Shown: piece after piece, positions 47,301 through 56,532 of the stretch | Layout of the letters: every line of letters begins with the position of its first letter | Numbering within the stretch: position 1 is the first letter of the stretch | Source: Clostridia bacterium | Lineage (GTDB): Bacteria > Bacillota > Clostridia > Oscillospirales > CAG-382 | DNA: 64,000 bases | Assembly (NCBI GenBank): GCA_017620655.1 | Contig: JAGAUT010000034.1 | Span: forward strand, 68,844-132,843 | Direction: 5' to 3' | The notes under the pieces: model-generated | The model's input: only the letters and a program-made list of their open reading frames with translations | The model's database searches: none | What the model was told of the DNA's origin: nothing | Translations under genes and position numbers: made by a program

Positions 47301-47645
47301 TTCCCCTGTTTCTTCATCTGTTACAACAGAAACATCCGCATAATCCTTCACCTTTTCCGCAGTTTCTTCATCTACAACCTCGGGGATGTAGTAGTCTGCC
47401 GCAGAAATCTTGGGAAGATTTTCGGTAGCGTCGGGGATTTCGTCGTGAAGAGCAAGGTAATCACTGTAAGTAGTGGAAACCATAAGCTCAGCCATTGCAT
47501 CCAGCGAATGTGCGGTCGTCGAGTTTTCGAGCTTCAACTGTGAAACAGGAGCTGCGAACATTGCAACCGAACCGAAGAGCTGGAGAAGCATACTTGTCAC
47601 CAGTAAAAGAACAACAAGCTTGCTTTTGTTTTTCGCAATCATCAT
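44343..47645 (-). CDS. Giant extracellular solute-binding protein (1100 aa): N-terminal CBM-like modules, coiled coil and C-terminal family-1-type SBP domain
   Basis: The signal/anchor has no lipobox Cys. Two segments follow the G.W..Y.V...DG.Y pattern of CBM6/35-like modules (MYTIKIKYRP..., GQWIKYEVEIAEDGWYDIVPRF). The C-terminal ~500 aa are colinear with sugar SBPs, and the gene heads an operon of permeases. Confidence 0.6.
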   Translation of the reverse strand: MMIAKNKSKLVVLLLVTSMLLQLFGSVAMFAAPVSQLKLENSTTAHSLDAMAELMVSTTYSDYLALHDEIPDATENLPKISAADYYIPEVVDEETAEKVKDYADVSVVTDEETGEEVLYTPGSGKVSFKVNVPKTAMYTIKIKYRPLVGSWDESRTDDDSHGSNIERILIIDDLVPYKEARTLNFSRFWADNYVLNSGYESVKGEDGRYNFRLDFNKNEMRPTKSEAPEWVETYITDSETFFDAPLKFMLEEGEHVITFEAACEPMAIAWIEVGYADEVITYEEYLEKYADAKVPENVKEVMIHAETPYQTSEQVIYAMNDRTSGITYPQDPAASLLNTIGGNGGDKWKSPGQWIKYEVEIAEDGWYDIVPRFKQTINQGLFSSRSLKIDGEYPFLEAKSLQFKYGDDWQVKKLNDGNQDFKFYLTKGAHTLEFRAVLGDMSNVLGEIENIQTKLNDYYRQILMITGSEPDDYTDYEFSKLIPSVLTGMKQEKKNLDKVSKELEEKIGTKGENTVILDRISFLLDEMSKDENKIAANLGNFKSYIGSLGTWLLSTKAQPLQLDYVLVQPAGNKLPKANANFFQSMAHELKSFIMSFFTDYNSIGSATKIDDDDPNAVEVWITTGRDQATIMRQMVDDSFNNESVAVNLKLIAAGTLLPATLAGVGPDVSMDADPNGYGIRNAVVPLNYFQDETVAKINERITLPGDKKILTYDEVKKTYFRDNDELFVPLTLLDPDRVEYEEDGKTYKNIDGVERNGVVSYGLPYTIDFPMLFYRKDIFVELGLEVPETWDDVEAIIRALSENQMEMGFSQAMTQIYMYQSGIEWFESAEDYKEYYENPEEITRDSREYLRTVGIASNLGSNGALDAFQRMTEWFTLYGEPVTYDFANRFRTGEMPISIAAYTVYNQLKVFAPEIAGLWEFVQLPGVERVDDEGNKYIDHSTPGTPQAVMMMKDAVDDLKDGQDITESKKAQNAWAFLQWWVSKDTQERFGQEQVALMGTAAKYNTANVDALLGQSWTAQEKKNLEQQFASLKGTPMSPGNYIVARYTNFAFYNVVDDGEVASEAMRGYIDDIDHELSRKRAEYGFLTKEEYFEELGIER

Positions 47646-47811
47646 TGCTATTTCCTCCTCTGTTGAGAATTGCTCGGTACAGGTCTTCCCGCACTTTTCT
47701 TCATATTATATATGCAGCGACAAACAGAAAGGCATAACTCACACCTTTGTCACTTTGCCGTCACACAGACAACACTAAAAAAGGGCAAAAAGCACCCAAT
47801 TACATGGTTAT

Positions 47812-47840
47812 AGTATATCAACGCAAAAATGGTTTGTCAA
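47812..47840 (-). promoter_or_regulatory. Promoter of the seven-gene ABC operon
   Basis: Minus strand reads TTGACA (47835-47840), 17-nt spacer, TATACT (47812-47817). The leader before the ATG at 47645 is about 160 nt. Confidence 0.5.
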
Positions 47841-48214
47841 TAGCGGTAAACGGCTTAAAATCAAGCTGTCAGGATGCTTAAAATTCAAAATTTTTACAAT
47901 TATTTTTACTCTCAAACACGGCATGTTAATTTTATCAAATCCGCTTTTTTTACAAATTCATAACTTTAACTTTATTTATTTATAATTGTTCCGATATATA
48001 ATTTTGGCGTTTTTTCTCGGTTTTACGTCATATTTAGCCAGTTGCAAAAAAATTATTTTTATAACATTAATCAATTTAATGCATCAGTTGGTTTTCTTAT
48101 ATTAATTTACATTATAGGTATTTTTTGCGCCAAATGTTAACTTTTTATGGCGTTTTTGTTGATTTACCAAAATTGCGATTGTGATATTTGCACAAATTTT
48201 AAACCGTTTTTTCT

Positions 48215-48262
48215 ACACTAAAAAAATTTTGACCATAAACGCTTTTTCGCACGTTTACGGTC
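48215..48262 (-). terminator. Terminator after the ABC-F gene
   Basis: An 11-bp stem pairs 48231-48241 with 48252-48262. Its single odd pair is a G-U only on the minus strand. It is followed by aaaaTTTTTTTag on the minus strand. Confidence 0.6.
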
Positions 48263-48284
48263 AATTGAATGTTATTTCGCAATT

Positions 48285-50210
48285 TTACTGAATTTCATCG
48301 AGAATCGTCTGCAGTTCGTCCCATGTCTCATACAGCTTTTCAAGTTTGTCGTTCAGCTCAGAAAGCTCGGAAAACAGCCTTGAAATCTGCTCATAATCCG
48401 AAGCACACTGCTCCTGTTTTCTCTGATTCTCTTCGATTTTCGCCTCGGTTTCGGCAATCTGTTTTTCAGTCTCCGCGAGCTTCTTTTCGGCACTCTTTCG
48501 TCTGTTCTTGAGTTCTTTTGCCTTCTCGTAGTCCATTTGCGAATTGGTTACACCCGTCTGCTCCGAAGTGCCGCCATCGATTATGTTCTTTTTCTTTTCT
48601 TTATAAGAGCAGAAATCCTCATATCCGCCCTTGAAGTCAAAGGTTCCGTCCTCTCTCATCTCGAAAATACGGCTTGCCAGCTTCTTTACGAAATATCTGT
48701 CATGGGACACACAAAGCACGGTGCCATCGTATTCGGCAAGTGCCTGTTCGAGCACTTCTCTCGACGGCGCATCAAGGTGGTTGGTAGGTTCGTCAAGGAT
48801 AAGCATGTCGCTCTTTTCAAGCATGAGCTTTGCAAAGGTAAGTCTTGCCTTTTCTCCGCCCGAAAGCACATCAATCTTCTTGAATACATCCTCGCTTGTA
48901 AATAGAAACCCTGCAAGAACGCTTCTGATTTCGGTCTGCGTCTTATTTGGGAAGCACTCCCACAGCTCATCTATCACCGTATTGCTCGAGTCAAGTCCCT
49001 GATGCTCCTGATCATAGTAGCCTATCGACAGTCCCCTTGCGTATTCAAATGTGCCGAAGTCCTGACCGATTTTTCCGCAAAGAATTTTAAGCATGGTGGA
49101 CTTACCCACCCCGTTCTGACCGAGAATGAACATCTTATCTCTGCCGTGAAGCAGAAAGGACACATTTTCAAAGAGCTGTTTGCCGGGAAATCCCTTTGTA
49201 AGTCCCGTAACTTCAAGCATTTTATCGGGACATCTGCCGTTTTCGCTCATCTGGAAACGGAATCGGATATTTGACGGCAAATCCTTGGGCTTTTCCAGTT
49301 TTTCCATGCGGTCGATAGCCTTCATTCTGCTTTCTGCGGCAATGATGTTGCGTTCTCTGTTCCATCTGCGCTGGTTTTCAATAAAGGCTTCAAGTCTTGC
49401 TATTTCCTTCTGCTGAAGGTCATAGTGCTTCTGATCTATTTTTCTGTCGATTTCCTTCTGCTTTACATAGTCTGTATAAGAAGTGTTGTAGAGCTTGCCT
49501 TCCCTGTTCTCGATTTCAAAGGTCTTTTTCGTTACCTTATCGAGAAAATATCTGTCATGGGAAATAACAATGAGGCACTTTTTATAGTTTTTTAAGTATT
49601 CTTCAAGCCATTCAACCGTCTCAATGTCAAGGTGGTTGGTAGGCTCGTCAAGCATAAGTATGTCGGGCTCTGACAAAAGAAGACGTGCTATGGCAAGCCT
49701 TGTTTTCTGACCTCCCGAAAGGGTATTAATTCTTCTCGTATGGGTATCCTTTTCAAAGCCGAGACCTGTGAGCATACTTGAAATTCTGCTTCGGAATTCA
49801 TATCCGCCCTCACGCTTGAAGTTATCTTCGAGGGTTGTATACTCTTTGGCAAGGCTCATATGCTTATCGTCGTCATGAGCCTCATTCATAAGCCTTTCAA
49901 GGTCGGCAAGACGTTTTTCCATGTCGAGAAGCTTCGGGAATGCGTTGCACATCTCCTCGAACATCTCTCCGTTGGATTCAAGACCCGTATTCTGTTCGAG
50001 ATAGCCGACGGTTGTATCCTTGGCAAGAAACACGTTGCCCTCGCTCTGCTCCTGTCTGCCTGCAAGTATCTTCATAAAAAGACTTTTGCCTGCACCGTTT
50101 ACGCCCACTATTCCTATTTTATCGTTTTCCTGTATGCCGAGACTTACTCTGTCAAGTATTACGTCTGTTCCGAAGGACAGAGTTACGTCTGAGGCACTGA
50201 GTATTATCAC
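48285..50210 (-). CDS. ABC-F family ATPase (two NBDs, no TMD, coiled-coil C-terminal extension)
   Basis: Two Walker A motifs (GVNGAGKS, GQNGVGKS), two LSGG signatures and a Lys/Glu-rich C-terminal tail. Confidence 0.88.
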   Translation of the reverse strand: MIILSASDVTLSFGTDVILDRVSLGIQENDKIGIVGVNGAGKSLFMKILAGRQEQSEGNVFLAKDTTVGYLEQNTGLESNGEMFEEMCNAFPKLLDMEKRLADLERLMNEAHDDDKHMSLAKEYTTLEDNFKREGGYEFRSRISSMLTGLGFEKDTHTRRINTLSGGQKTRLAIARLLLSEPDILMLDEPTNHLDIETVEWLEEYLKNYKKCLIVISHDRYFLDKVTKKTFEIENREGKLYNTSYTDYVKQKEIDRKIDQKHYDLQQKEIARLEAFIENQRRWNRERNIIAAESRMKAIDRMEKLEKPKDLPSNIRFRFQMSENGRCPDKMLEVTGLTKGFPGKQLFENVSFLLHGRDKMFILGQNGVGKSTMLKILCGKIGQDFGTFEYARGLSIGYYDQEHQGLDSSNTVIDELWECFPNKTQTEIRSVLAGFLFTSEDVFKKIDVLSGGEKARLTFAKLMLEKSDMLILDEPTNHLDAPSREVLEQALAEYDGTVLCVSHDRYFVKKLASRIFEMREDGTFDFKGGYEDFCSYKEKKKNIIDGGTSEQTGVTNSQMDYEKAKELKNRRKSAEKKLAETEKQIAETEAKIEENQRKQEQCASDYEQISRLFSELSELNDKLEKLYETWDELQTILDEIQ

Positions 50211-50246
50211 TTTAGCATTTTCCTTTCCTGCAATATTTGAAGGGAA

Positions 50247-53072
50247 TTATTCAAGTATTTTTTTAAGGTACACACCCGTGTAGGACTTTTCACATTCCGC
50301 CACCTGCTCAGGTGTACCTGTATACACGATTTCGCCGCCTGCATCTCCACCCTCGGGGCCGAGGTCTATAATGTAGTCTGCGTTCTTTATCATGTCAAGA
50401 TTGTGTTCGATTACAATCACGGTGTTTCCTGCATCAACAAGCTTCTGAAGCACGTCAATAAGCTTTTCAACGTCAGCCGTATGCAGTCCTGTTGTAGGTT
50501 CATCGAGAATATACAATGTCTTTCCCGTACTCTTTTTTGAAAGCTCGGTTGCAAGCTTTACTCTCTGTGCTTCACCGCCCGAAAGAGTTGTGGAGGACTG
50601 ACCGATTTTGATATATCCGAGACCTACGTCGCACAGGGTTTTAAGTTTTCTGTGCATGGTCGGGATGTTTTCAAAGAATTCCCTGCCCTCATCGCAGGTC
50701 ATTTCAAGGATATCGGATATACTCTTGCCCTTGTACTTGACTTCAAGCGTTTCCTTGTTATATCTCTTGCCCTTACAAACGTCACAAGTCACATAAACGT
50801 CGGGTAAAAAGTGCATTTCCACAAGAAGCGTACCGTCGCCGGCACATGCCTCACATCTGCCGCCCTTGAGGTTGAAGGAGAATCTGTCCTTCTTATAGCC
50901 CCGCATCTTTGCACCCTGAGTTGCGGCAAAAAGGTCTCTTACGTCGGTAAATAGACCGGTATACGTAGCGGGGTTGGATCTTGGTGTTCTGCCGATGGGC
51001 GACTGATCGATGGCAATGACTTTATCAAGGTGTTCTACACCCTCGATTTTCTTATGCTTACCTGCCGTTGTCTGGGCACGGTTAAGCTGTTTTGCAAGCG
51101 AGTTCAGAAGAATTGAATTTACAAGCGAAGATTTACCCGAACCCGAAACACCCGTGACACAAGTCAGGGTTCCGAGGGGGAATGAAACGTCGATGTTCTT
51201 TAAGTTATGCTCCTCGGCGCCTATTACTTTAAGGAAGTTGCCGTTGCCTTTTCTTCTTTCCTTGGGAACGGCGATCTTACGTCTACCCGAAAGAAAATCG
51301 CCCGTTACCGAGTTTTTGTTGTTCATTATCTGCTTAGGCGTGCCCGTTGCCACAATCTGTCCGCCGTGAATACCTGCCGCAGGGCCGATATCCACGATGT
51401 AATCCGATTCAAGCATGGTTTCTTCGTCATGCTCTACAACAATTACGGTGTTTCCGATATCACGCAGATTCTTAAGTGTTGCAATAAGTTTTGAGTTATC
51501 CCTCTGATGAAGACCGATGCTGGGTTCATCAAGGATATACAGCACACCCATAAGCGACGAGCCGATCTGCGTTGCAAGTCTGATTCTCTGGCTTTCACCG
51601 CCCGAAAGTGTACCTGAACGGCGTGAAAGAGAAAGGTATCCGAGACCGACATTTTCGAGGAAGCTGAGACGTGACAGAATTTCCTTTAAGATTTCCTTTG
51701 CAATAACAGCTTCTGTCTTACCGAACTTCAAGTTTTCAAAAAAGACTTTCGCCTTTTCAACCGAAAGATTACAAAGCTCTGCGATATTAAGTCCGCCGAC
51801 TGTCACCGAAAGGGATTCGGGCTTTAAGCGTTTTCCTTCGCATGATGAGCACGGAACAGTATCCATAAACTGCTCGTAGTAGGCTCTCATTTCGGGTGTT
51901 GTATAGTTCTGATTATATCTTCTTTCAATTTCACGGACAATACCGATAAAGCTGAGATTATATCCTCTGTAGCCATAGCGGATTTTTTCATCGCCCTTAC
52001 CGTAGAACAGCACGTCTCTTGCTTTCTTTGACATTCTGTCAAGGGGCGTATTAACGTCACAGCCGAATTCACGAAGTGCCGCATTTATACCTTCAGCACC
52101 CCATGTTCCGTCCTTTGCACTCTTATATCCGTTGCATACGCAGGCACCCTCGGAAAGTGACTTTGACATATCGGGAAAGAGCTTTTCAGGTGAAAGAACA
52201 AAGCTTTCGCCAAGACCGTCACAATCGGGGCAGGCACCGAAGGGACTGTTGAAGGAGAACATTCGAGGTTCAAGCTCTCCGAGGCTTATGCCGTGTTCGG
52301 CACAGGAGAAATTCTGCGAGAACATCATTTCACTCATGCCCTCAAATTCGCCCTCGTGAAGTGCGATAACGCACAGTCCGTCACTCAGCTTGAATGCAGT
52401 TTCAACGGAATCGGCAAGACGTGAACGGATATCCTCTTTCATTACAAGTCTGTCGACTACGATTTCAATATTATGTCTTTTATTCTTATCAAGCTCGATA
52501 TTATCCGAAAGAGACATTATCTCGCCGTTGATTCTTGCTCTGACATAACCGTTCTTCTGAGAATCGGCAAGAAGCTTTTCATGTGTACCCTTTTTACCTC
52601 TGACAACGGGTGAGAGCACATAAAACTTTGTTCCCTCGGGAAGATGCAGAATCTTATCGAGAATTGTATCTATAGACTGCTTTTCGATAACCTTGCCGCA
52701 AACGGGACAGTGAGGTGTACCCACTCTTGCATAGAGAAGTCTGAGATAGTCATATATTTCGGTAACTGTACCCACGGTGGAACGGGGGTTTTTGCTTGTG
52801 GTTTTCTGGTCGATGGAAATGGCGGGAGAAAGCCCCTCAACACCGTCGATGTCGGGCTTGTCAAGCTGACCGAGGAACTGTCTTGCATAAGAGGACAGGG
52901 ATTCCACAAAGCGTCGGTGGCCTTCGGCATAGATTGTATCAAAGGCAAGGGACGATTTTCCCGAACCCGAAAGTCCCGTAAAGACAACCAGCTTGTCCCT
53001 GGGTATTTCAACATCTACATTTTTAAGGTTATGGACTCTTGCACCCGTAATTTTAAGTGATTTATAACCCAA
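50247..53072 (-). CDS. uvrA: Excinuclease ABC subunit A
   Basis: [25 protein letters not shown], zinc-finger cysteines and duplicated ABC modules. The TTG start has a GGAGA RBS 9 nt upstream and overlaps the recG 3' end by 11 nt. Confidence 0.93.
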   Translation of the reverse strand: MGYKSLKITGARVHNLKNVDVEIPRDKLVVFTGLSGSGKSSLAFDTIYAEGHRRFVESLSSYARQFLGQLDKPDIDGVEGLSPAISIDQKTTSKNPRSTVGTVTEIYDYLRLLYARVGTPHCPVCGKVIEKQSIDTILDKILHLPEGTKFYVLSPVVRGKKGTHEKLLADSQKNGYVRARINGEIMSLSDNIELDKNKRHNIEIVVDRLVMKEDIRSRLADSVETAFKLSDGLCVIALHEGEFEGMSEMMFSQNFSCAEHGISLGELEPRMFSFNSPFGACPDCDGLGESFVLSPEKLFPDMSKSLSEGACVCNGYKSAKDGTWGAEGINAALREFGCDVNTPLDRMSKKARDVLFYGKGDEKIRYGYRGYNLSFIGIVREIERRYNQNYTTPEMRAYYEQFMDTVPCSSCEGKRLKPESLSVTVGGLNIAELCNLSVEKAKVFFENLKFGKTEAVIAKEILKEILSRLSFLENVGLGYLSLSRRSGTLSGGESQRIRLATQIGSSLMGVLYILDEPSIGLHQRDNSKLIATLKNLRDIGNTVIVVEHDEETMLESDYIVDIGPAAGIHGGQIVATGTPKQIMNNKNSVTGDFLSGRRKIAVPKERRKGNGNFLKVIGAEEHNLKNIDVSFPLGTLTCVTGVSGSGKSSLVNSILLNSLAKQLNRAQTTAGKHKKIEGVEHLDKVIAIDQSPIGRTPRSNPATYTGLFTDVRDLFAATQGAKMRGYKKDRFSFNLKGGRCEACAGDGTLLVEMHFLPDVYVTCDVCKGKRYNKETLEVKYKGKSISDILEMTCDEGREFFENIPTMHRKLKTLCDVGLGYIKIGQSSTTLSGGEAQRVKLATELSKKSTGKTLYILDEPTTGLHTADVEKLIDVLQKLVDAGNTVIVIEHNLDMIKNADYIIDLGPEGGDAGGEIVYTGTPEQVAECEKSYTGVYLKKILE

Positions 53073-55152
53073 TTTTTTCTATCTCCAATTCTCTTTTTTC
53101 TTTTGCATGGCGTGTTGCCAATGTTTTGGTCTGTTCGAGGAGCTTTACGTCACCCATGGCATCCGCCATTCTGAAGCACAAAGCTCCGTGCTGGCGTTTC
53201 CCGAAAAATTCACCGGGGCCTCTGAGCTCCAAATCCTTCTTCGCAATTTCAAAGCCGTCGCCGCTGTCACAGAGGATTTTCACTCTTTTTGCAAAGTCGG
53301 AATCCTTGGACTTATTCATTAAAGGCGACACGAGTATACAATAGGATTTATGAGAACCTCTGCCGACACGTCCCCTTAACTGATGCAGCTGTGAAAGACC
53401 GAAGCGTTCGGCATTTTCTATGAGCATTACAACGCTGTTCGGCACATTTACGCCCACTTCAATTACCGTTGTAGAAACAAGTACATCAATTTCACCGTCG
53501 GCAAATCTCGACATTATTTCGTCCTTTTCGGTCTGCTTCATTCTGCCGTGGACATATTCAACATTAAGTCCCTTTAGTTCTTCATTCTTTAACTTTTCGC
53601 AGAAGGATTTTGCCGATTTCAATTCATAGTTTGCCGTCTGGATATACTCGCCCTCGGCGTTCTTTTCCTCGGCAAGAGGACACACGATATAGGCTTGTCT
53701 GCCCTCCTCTACCCTCTCACGTATAAATTTATAAACACGTGTGTGATAATCCTCGCCCACAGCATAGGTATCTATCTTCTGTCTGCCCTTCGGCAATTCG
53801 TCTATTATGCTTATATCAAGGTCGCAGTAAAGAATCATTGCAAGTGTTCTCGGTATGGGTGTTGCCGACATTACAAGGGTATGAGGGAATATTCTGTTTT
53901 CTCCCTTTTCTTCAAGCGTCTTTCGCTGACCGACACCGAATCTGTGCTGTTCGTCTGTCACGGCAAGGGCAATATTCTTAAACTCAACATTGTCTTCAAT
54001 AAGTGCATGAGTACCGATAAGACAGTCTATTTCTCCCGACTTCAGCTCTGCTAAAATCTGCTTCTTTTCAGCTGCCTTTGTTCCGCCCGTGAGAAGTGCC
54101 ACGTGAAGTCCCATTTTCGACAGCAATCTTCCTGCATCCTCATAATGCTGTCTTGCAAGTATGCCCGTCGGTACCATGAGTGCCGACTGATATCCCGATT
54201 TTGCCGCAGCGTACATTGCCGCAAGGGCAACAACCGTTTTACCGCTTCCCACATCGCCCTGAACAAGTCTTCTTGCAGGCGAAACAAATTCGTCACTTGT
54301 ATTATCTTCGGGTTTTGTCACGCCGCTCATATCCCAAAGTATGTCATGCAGTGCCTTTTTCTGTGCCCGTGTCATTTCAAAGGGCAGGTGTGACAGAAAT
54401 TCACGCATTTCGGGATAATCCACCCTGTAAGCCTTGCCCGATTTTACGTTTTCGCCGAGAAGTATGGAATTTAACTGGAAGGCATACATTTCATCAAAGG
54501 CAAGTCTGCGCTTTGCCTGCCTTAGTATTTCCTCGTTTTCGGGAAAATGAATGCCGCAGAGTGCCTCATAATGGGTACAGAGGTCAAATTCTTCACGTTC
54601 CGCATCAGTGAGGTAGTCATCTATATCATTTTTACATATTTCAAGTGCCTGTTTTATACAAGATGAAAGTATATTTGAGGTAAGTCCTGCCGTCAGCGGA
54701 TATCTCGGAACATACGGCAAAAGCACCTTACCGTCTGCCGCTTCAATCGCAGGGCTTGTCATGCTGCAAAGCCCTGCAATGCCGTTGATTATACCGTAAA
54801 AACGGTACTTATTCCCAACTTTCACACTCTGTCCGAGAAACTCTCTGTTAAAGCAGGTGACCTTGACAGAGCCTGTTTCATCGGCGGCGGTAAACTTCTG
54901 TACCGTCATGGCTCTGCCGCCTTTTGATTTTATACGGGTATTTGTTACAGGTGTTATTATTTCAAGTATAAGCGAAGCGTATTCGCCGTTTTGTGCATCG
55001 TCAACACACACGGTATTGCCTCTGTTTTCGTGGTCGGCAGGAAAATGATAGAGAAGGTCAAAAAGAGTTTTGATGCCGAGCTTTGAAAAGAGTTTTTCTC
55101 TTGCCGTACTCACTCCAAAAAGACGGGTAATCGGATACTGCGTCGTCTTCAT
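53062..55152 (-). CDS. recG: ATP-dependent DNA helicase RecG
   Basis: A wedge domain plus the SF2 motifs [23 protein letters not shown] and [12 protein letters not shown]. Confidence 0.93.
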   Translation of the reverse strand: MKTTQYPITRLFGVSTAREKLFSKLGIKTLFDLLYHFPADHENRGNTVCVDDAQNGEYASLILEIITPVTNTRIKSKGGRAMTVQKFTAADETGSVKVTCFNREFLGQSVKVGNKYRFYGIINGIAGLCSMTSPAIEAADGKVLLPYVPRYPLTAGLTSNILSSCIKQALEICKNDIDDYLTDAEREEFDLCTHYEALCGIHFPENEEILRQAKRRLAFDEMYAFQLNSILLGENVKSGKAYRVDYPEMREFLSHLPFEMTRAQKKALHDILWDMSGVTKPEDNTSDEFVSPARRLVQGDVGSGKTVVALAAMYAAAKSGYQSALMVPTGILARQHYEDAGRLLSKMGLHVALLTGGTKAAEKKQILAELKSGEIDCLIGTHALIEDNVEFKNIALAVTDEQHRFGVGQRKTLEEKGENRIFPHTLVMSATPIPRTLAMILYCDLDISIIDELPKGRQKIDTYAVGEDYHTRVYKFIRERVEEGRQAYIVCPLAEEKNAEGEYIQTANYELKSAKSFCEKLKNEELKGLNVEYVHGRMKQTEKDEIMSRFADGEIDVLVSTTVIEVGVNVPNSVVMLIENAERFGLSQLHQLRGRVGRGSHKSYCILVSPLMNKSKDSDFAKRVKILCDSGDGFEIAKKDLELRGPGEFFGKRQHGALCFRMADAMGDVKLLEQTKTLATRHAKEKRELEIEKIGL

Positions 55153-55333
55153 GTTTCTCTACCTCCTTTTTTTACATATCTATGGCATTCTAATCTAGTA
55201 TGTATTATATACCATAATAAGGCACATTTGTTTGTATAAATTGTAAAATGTTGCAATTACTTCACACGTCTTTCATACAAAAGGGGTATTCTGTTATTTG
55301 TATTATCAATTAATATGAAAGGACGATTATCAG

Positions 55334-56509
55334 ATGAAAAAGATTCTCGCATTAATTCTCGCACTCACAATGGTGGTTTGCTTTGCACTCACATCCTGCA
55401 CAGCAGAAAAGAACGACAACAATAATGACAGCAATAACGGTCTCGCACTTGAAGAAACCGATCTCTTTCTTTACAATGCAGCTCTTGAAGAAGCACTCGA
55501 AGAATTTGAACCTAAAGATGAGCTTGACAAGGAAATTCTTGCTACAATCAACGGTCTTCCCATTTCCGCGGCGGCAGTAAGATACACCACAATGGTGGTA
55601 AAGGCTCCCTCTGTCGGTTCCATGTCCGACGAAGAAATAAAGACAGAAATTGAAAACTTCTACAAAGAAAACGCAGCCCTCGTGGATTTTGCTTTCAAGA
55701 ATGGCGTTGAGCTTGAAGAAAAGGACATCACCGCCATCAAGGCAAACATCACAGGTATGCAGCTCCAGCTCGGAGAAGAATACGAAACAATATTTGAAGA
55801 ATACCCCTTCACAAAGTTCTTCTACTTCTCCCAGACAGCACTTTATCAGACACTTTATTCCAAGATTTATGAACAGTTCATGGCAGATACAGAATCCGAT
55901 ATAACAAAGAAAGCTCTTGAGGAAACTCGCAAGTACGGCGAAGAAAACGATTATATCAGAGCCAAGCACATCCTCATTCAGTTCCCTGAAGGCGAAAATG
56001 AAGACGGCTCTCTCACAGATGCACAGAAAGCCGAAACTCTCGCAAAGGCAAACGAGGTTCTCGACAAGGTAAATGCAATGGCAAGCGAGGATGAATTCGA
56101 TGCCCTTGTGGCAGAATACAACGAAGACCCCGGCATGCAGAGCTATCCCGAAGGTTACTACTTCGGCAAGGGTGAAATGGTTAAGCCCTTTGAAGACGCC
56201 GCATACGCCCTCGAAGAAGGCAAAACAAGCGGTCTTGTTGAAACAGACTTCGGCTACCATATCATCCAGAGACTTCCCGTTACAGACGAAGTTATCAAGA
56301 ACGGCAATGCATACACTTCCCTCTTTGGCGAAGCATTGTACGAGGAACTCTCCAAAGATGCTGACAGCTACGAAATCGTATATGCTGACAACCACGACGA
56401 AAGAGTAGCAGACTTCATGGCTGAATACGAAGAACTCATGGCAGAAGAAGAAACAGAAGTACCCGCCGAAGAATCTTCCGAAGAACTCTCTGAAGAAACA
56501 GCAGAATAA
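55334..56509 (+). CDS. prsA: Parvulin-type peptidyl-prolyl isomerase lipoprotein (PrsA-like)
   Basis: Lipobox ALTSC, a PPIC rotamase core (RAKHILIQF...GYHIIQRL) and an acidic C-terminal tail. Confidence 0.8.
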   Translation: MKKILALILALTMVVCFALTSCTAEKNDNNNDSNNGLALEETDLFLYNAALEEALEEFEPKDELDKEILATINGLPISAAAVRYTTMVVKAPSVGSMSDEEIKTEIENFYKENAALVDFAFKNGVELEEKDITAIKANITGMQLQLGEEYETIFEEYPFTKFFYFSQTALYQTLYSKIYEQFMADTESDITKKALEETRKYGEENDYIRAKHILIQFPEGENEDGSLTDAQKAETLAKANEVLDKVNAMASEDEFDALVAEYNEDPGMQSYPEGYYFGKGEMVKPFEDAAYALEEGKTSGLVETDFGYHIIQRLPVTDEVIKNGNAYTSLFGEALYEELSKDADSYEIVYADNHDERVADFMAEYEELMAEEETEVPAEESSEELSEETAE

Positions 56510-56532
56510 TCACAATTTAAGGAAAACAAAAT

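Noticed and set aside
55153-55333. An SOS box upstream of recG (GCACATTTGTTT).
   Set aside because: The first half-site is GCAC rather than GAAC, and its position relative to any promoter is unclear. I do not consider it supported.
55352-56395. A 347-aa ORF antisense to prsA.
   Set aside because: It is a shadow frame of a GAA/GAG/GCA-rich gene. The product is Phe/Cys/Val-rich with no RBS or recognisable domain, and the sense strand encodes a clear parvulin lipoprotein.
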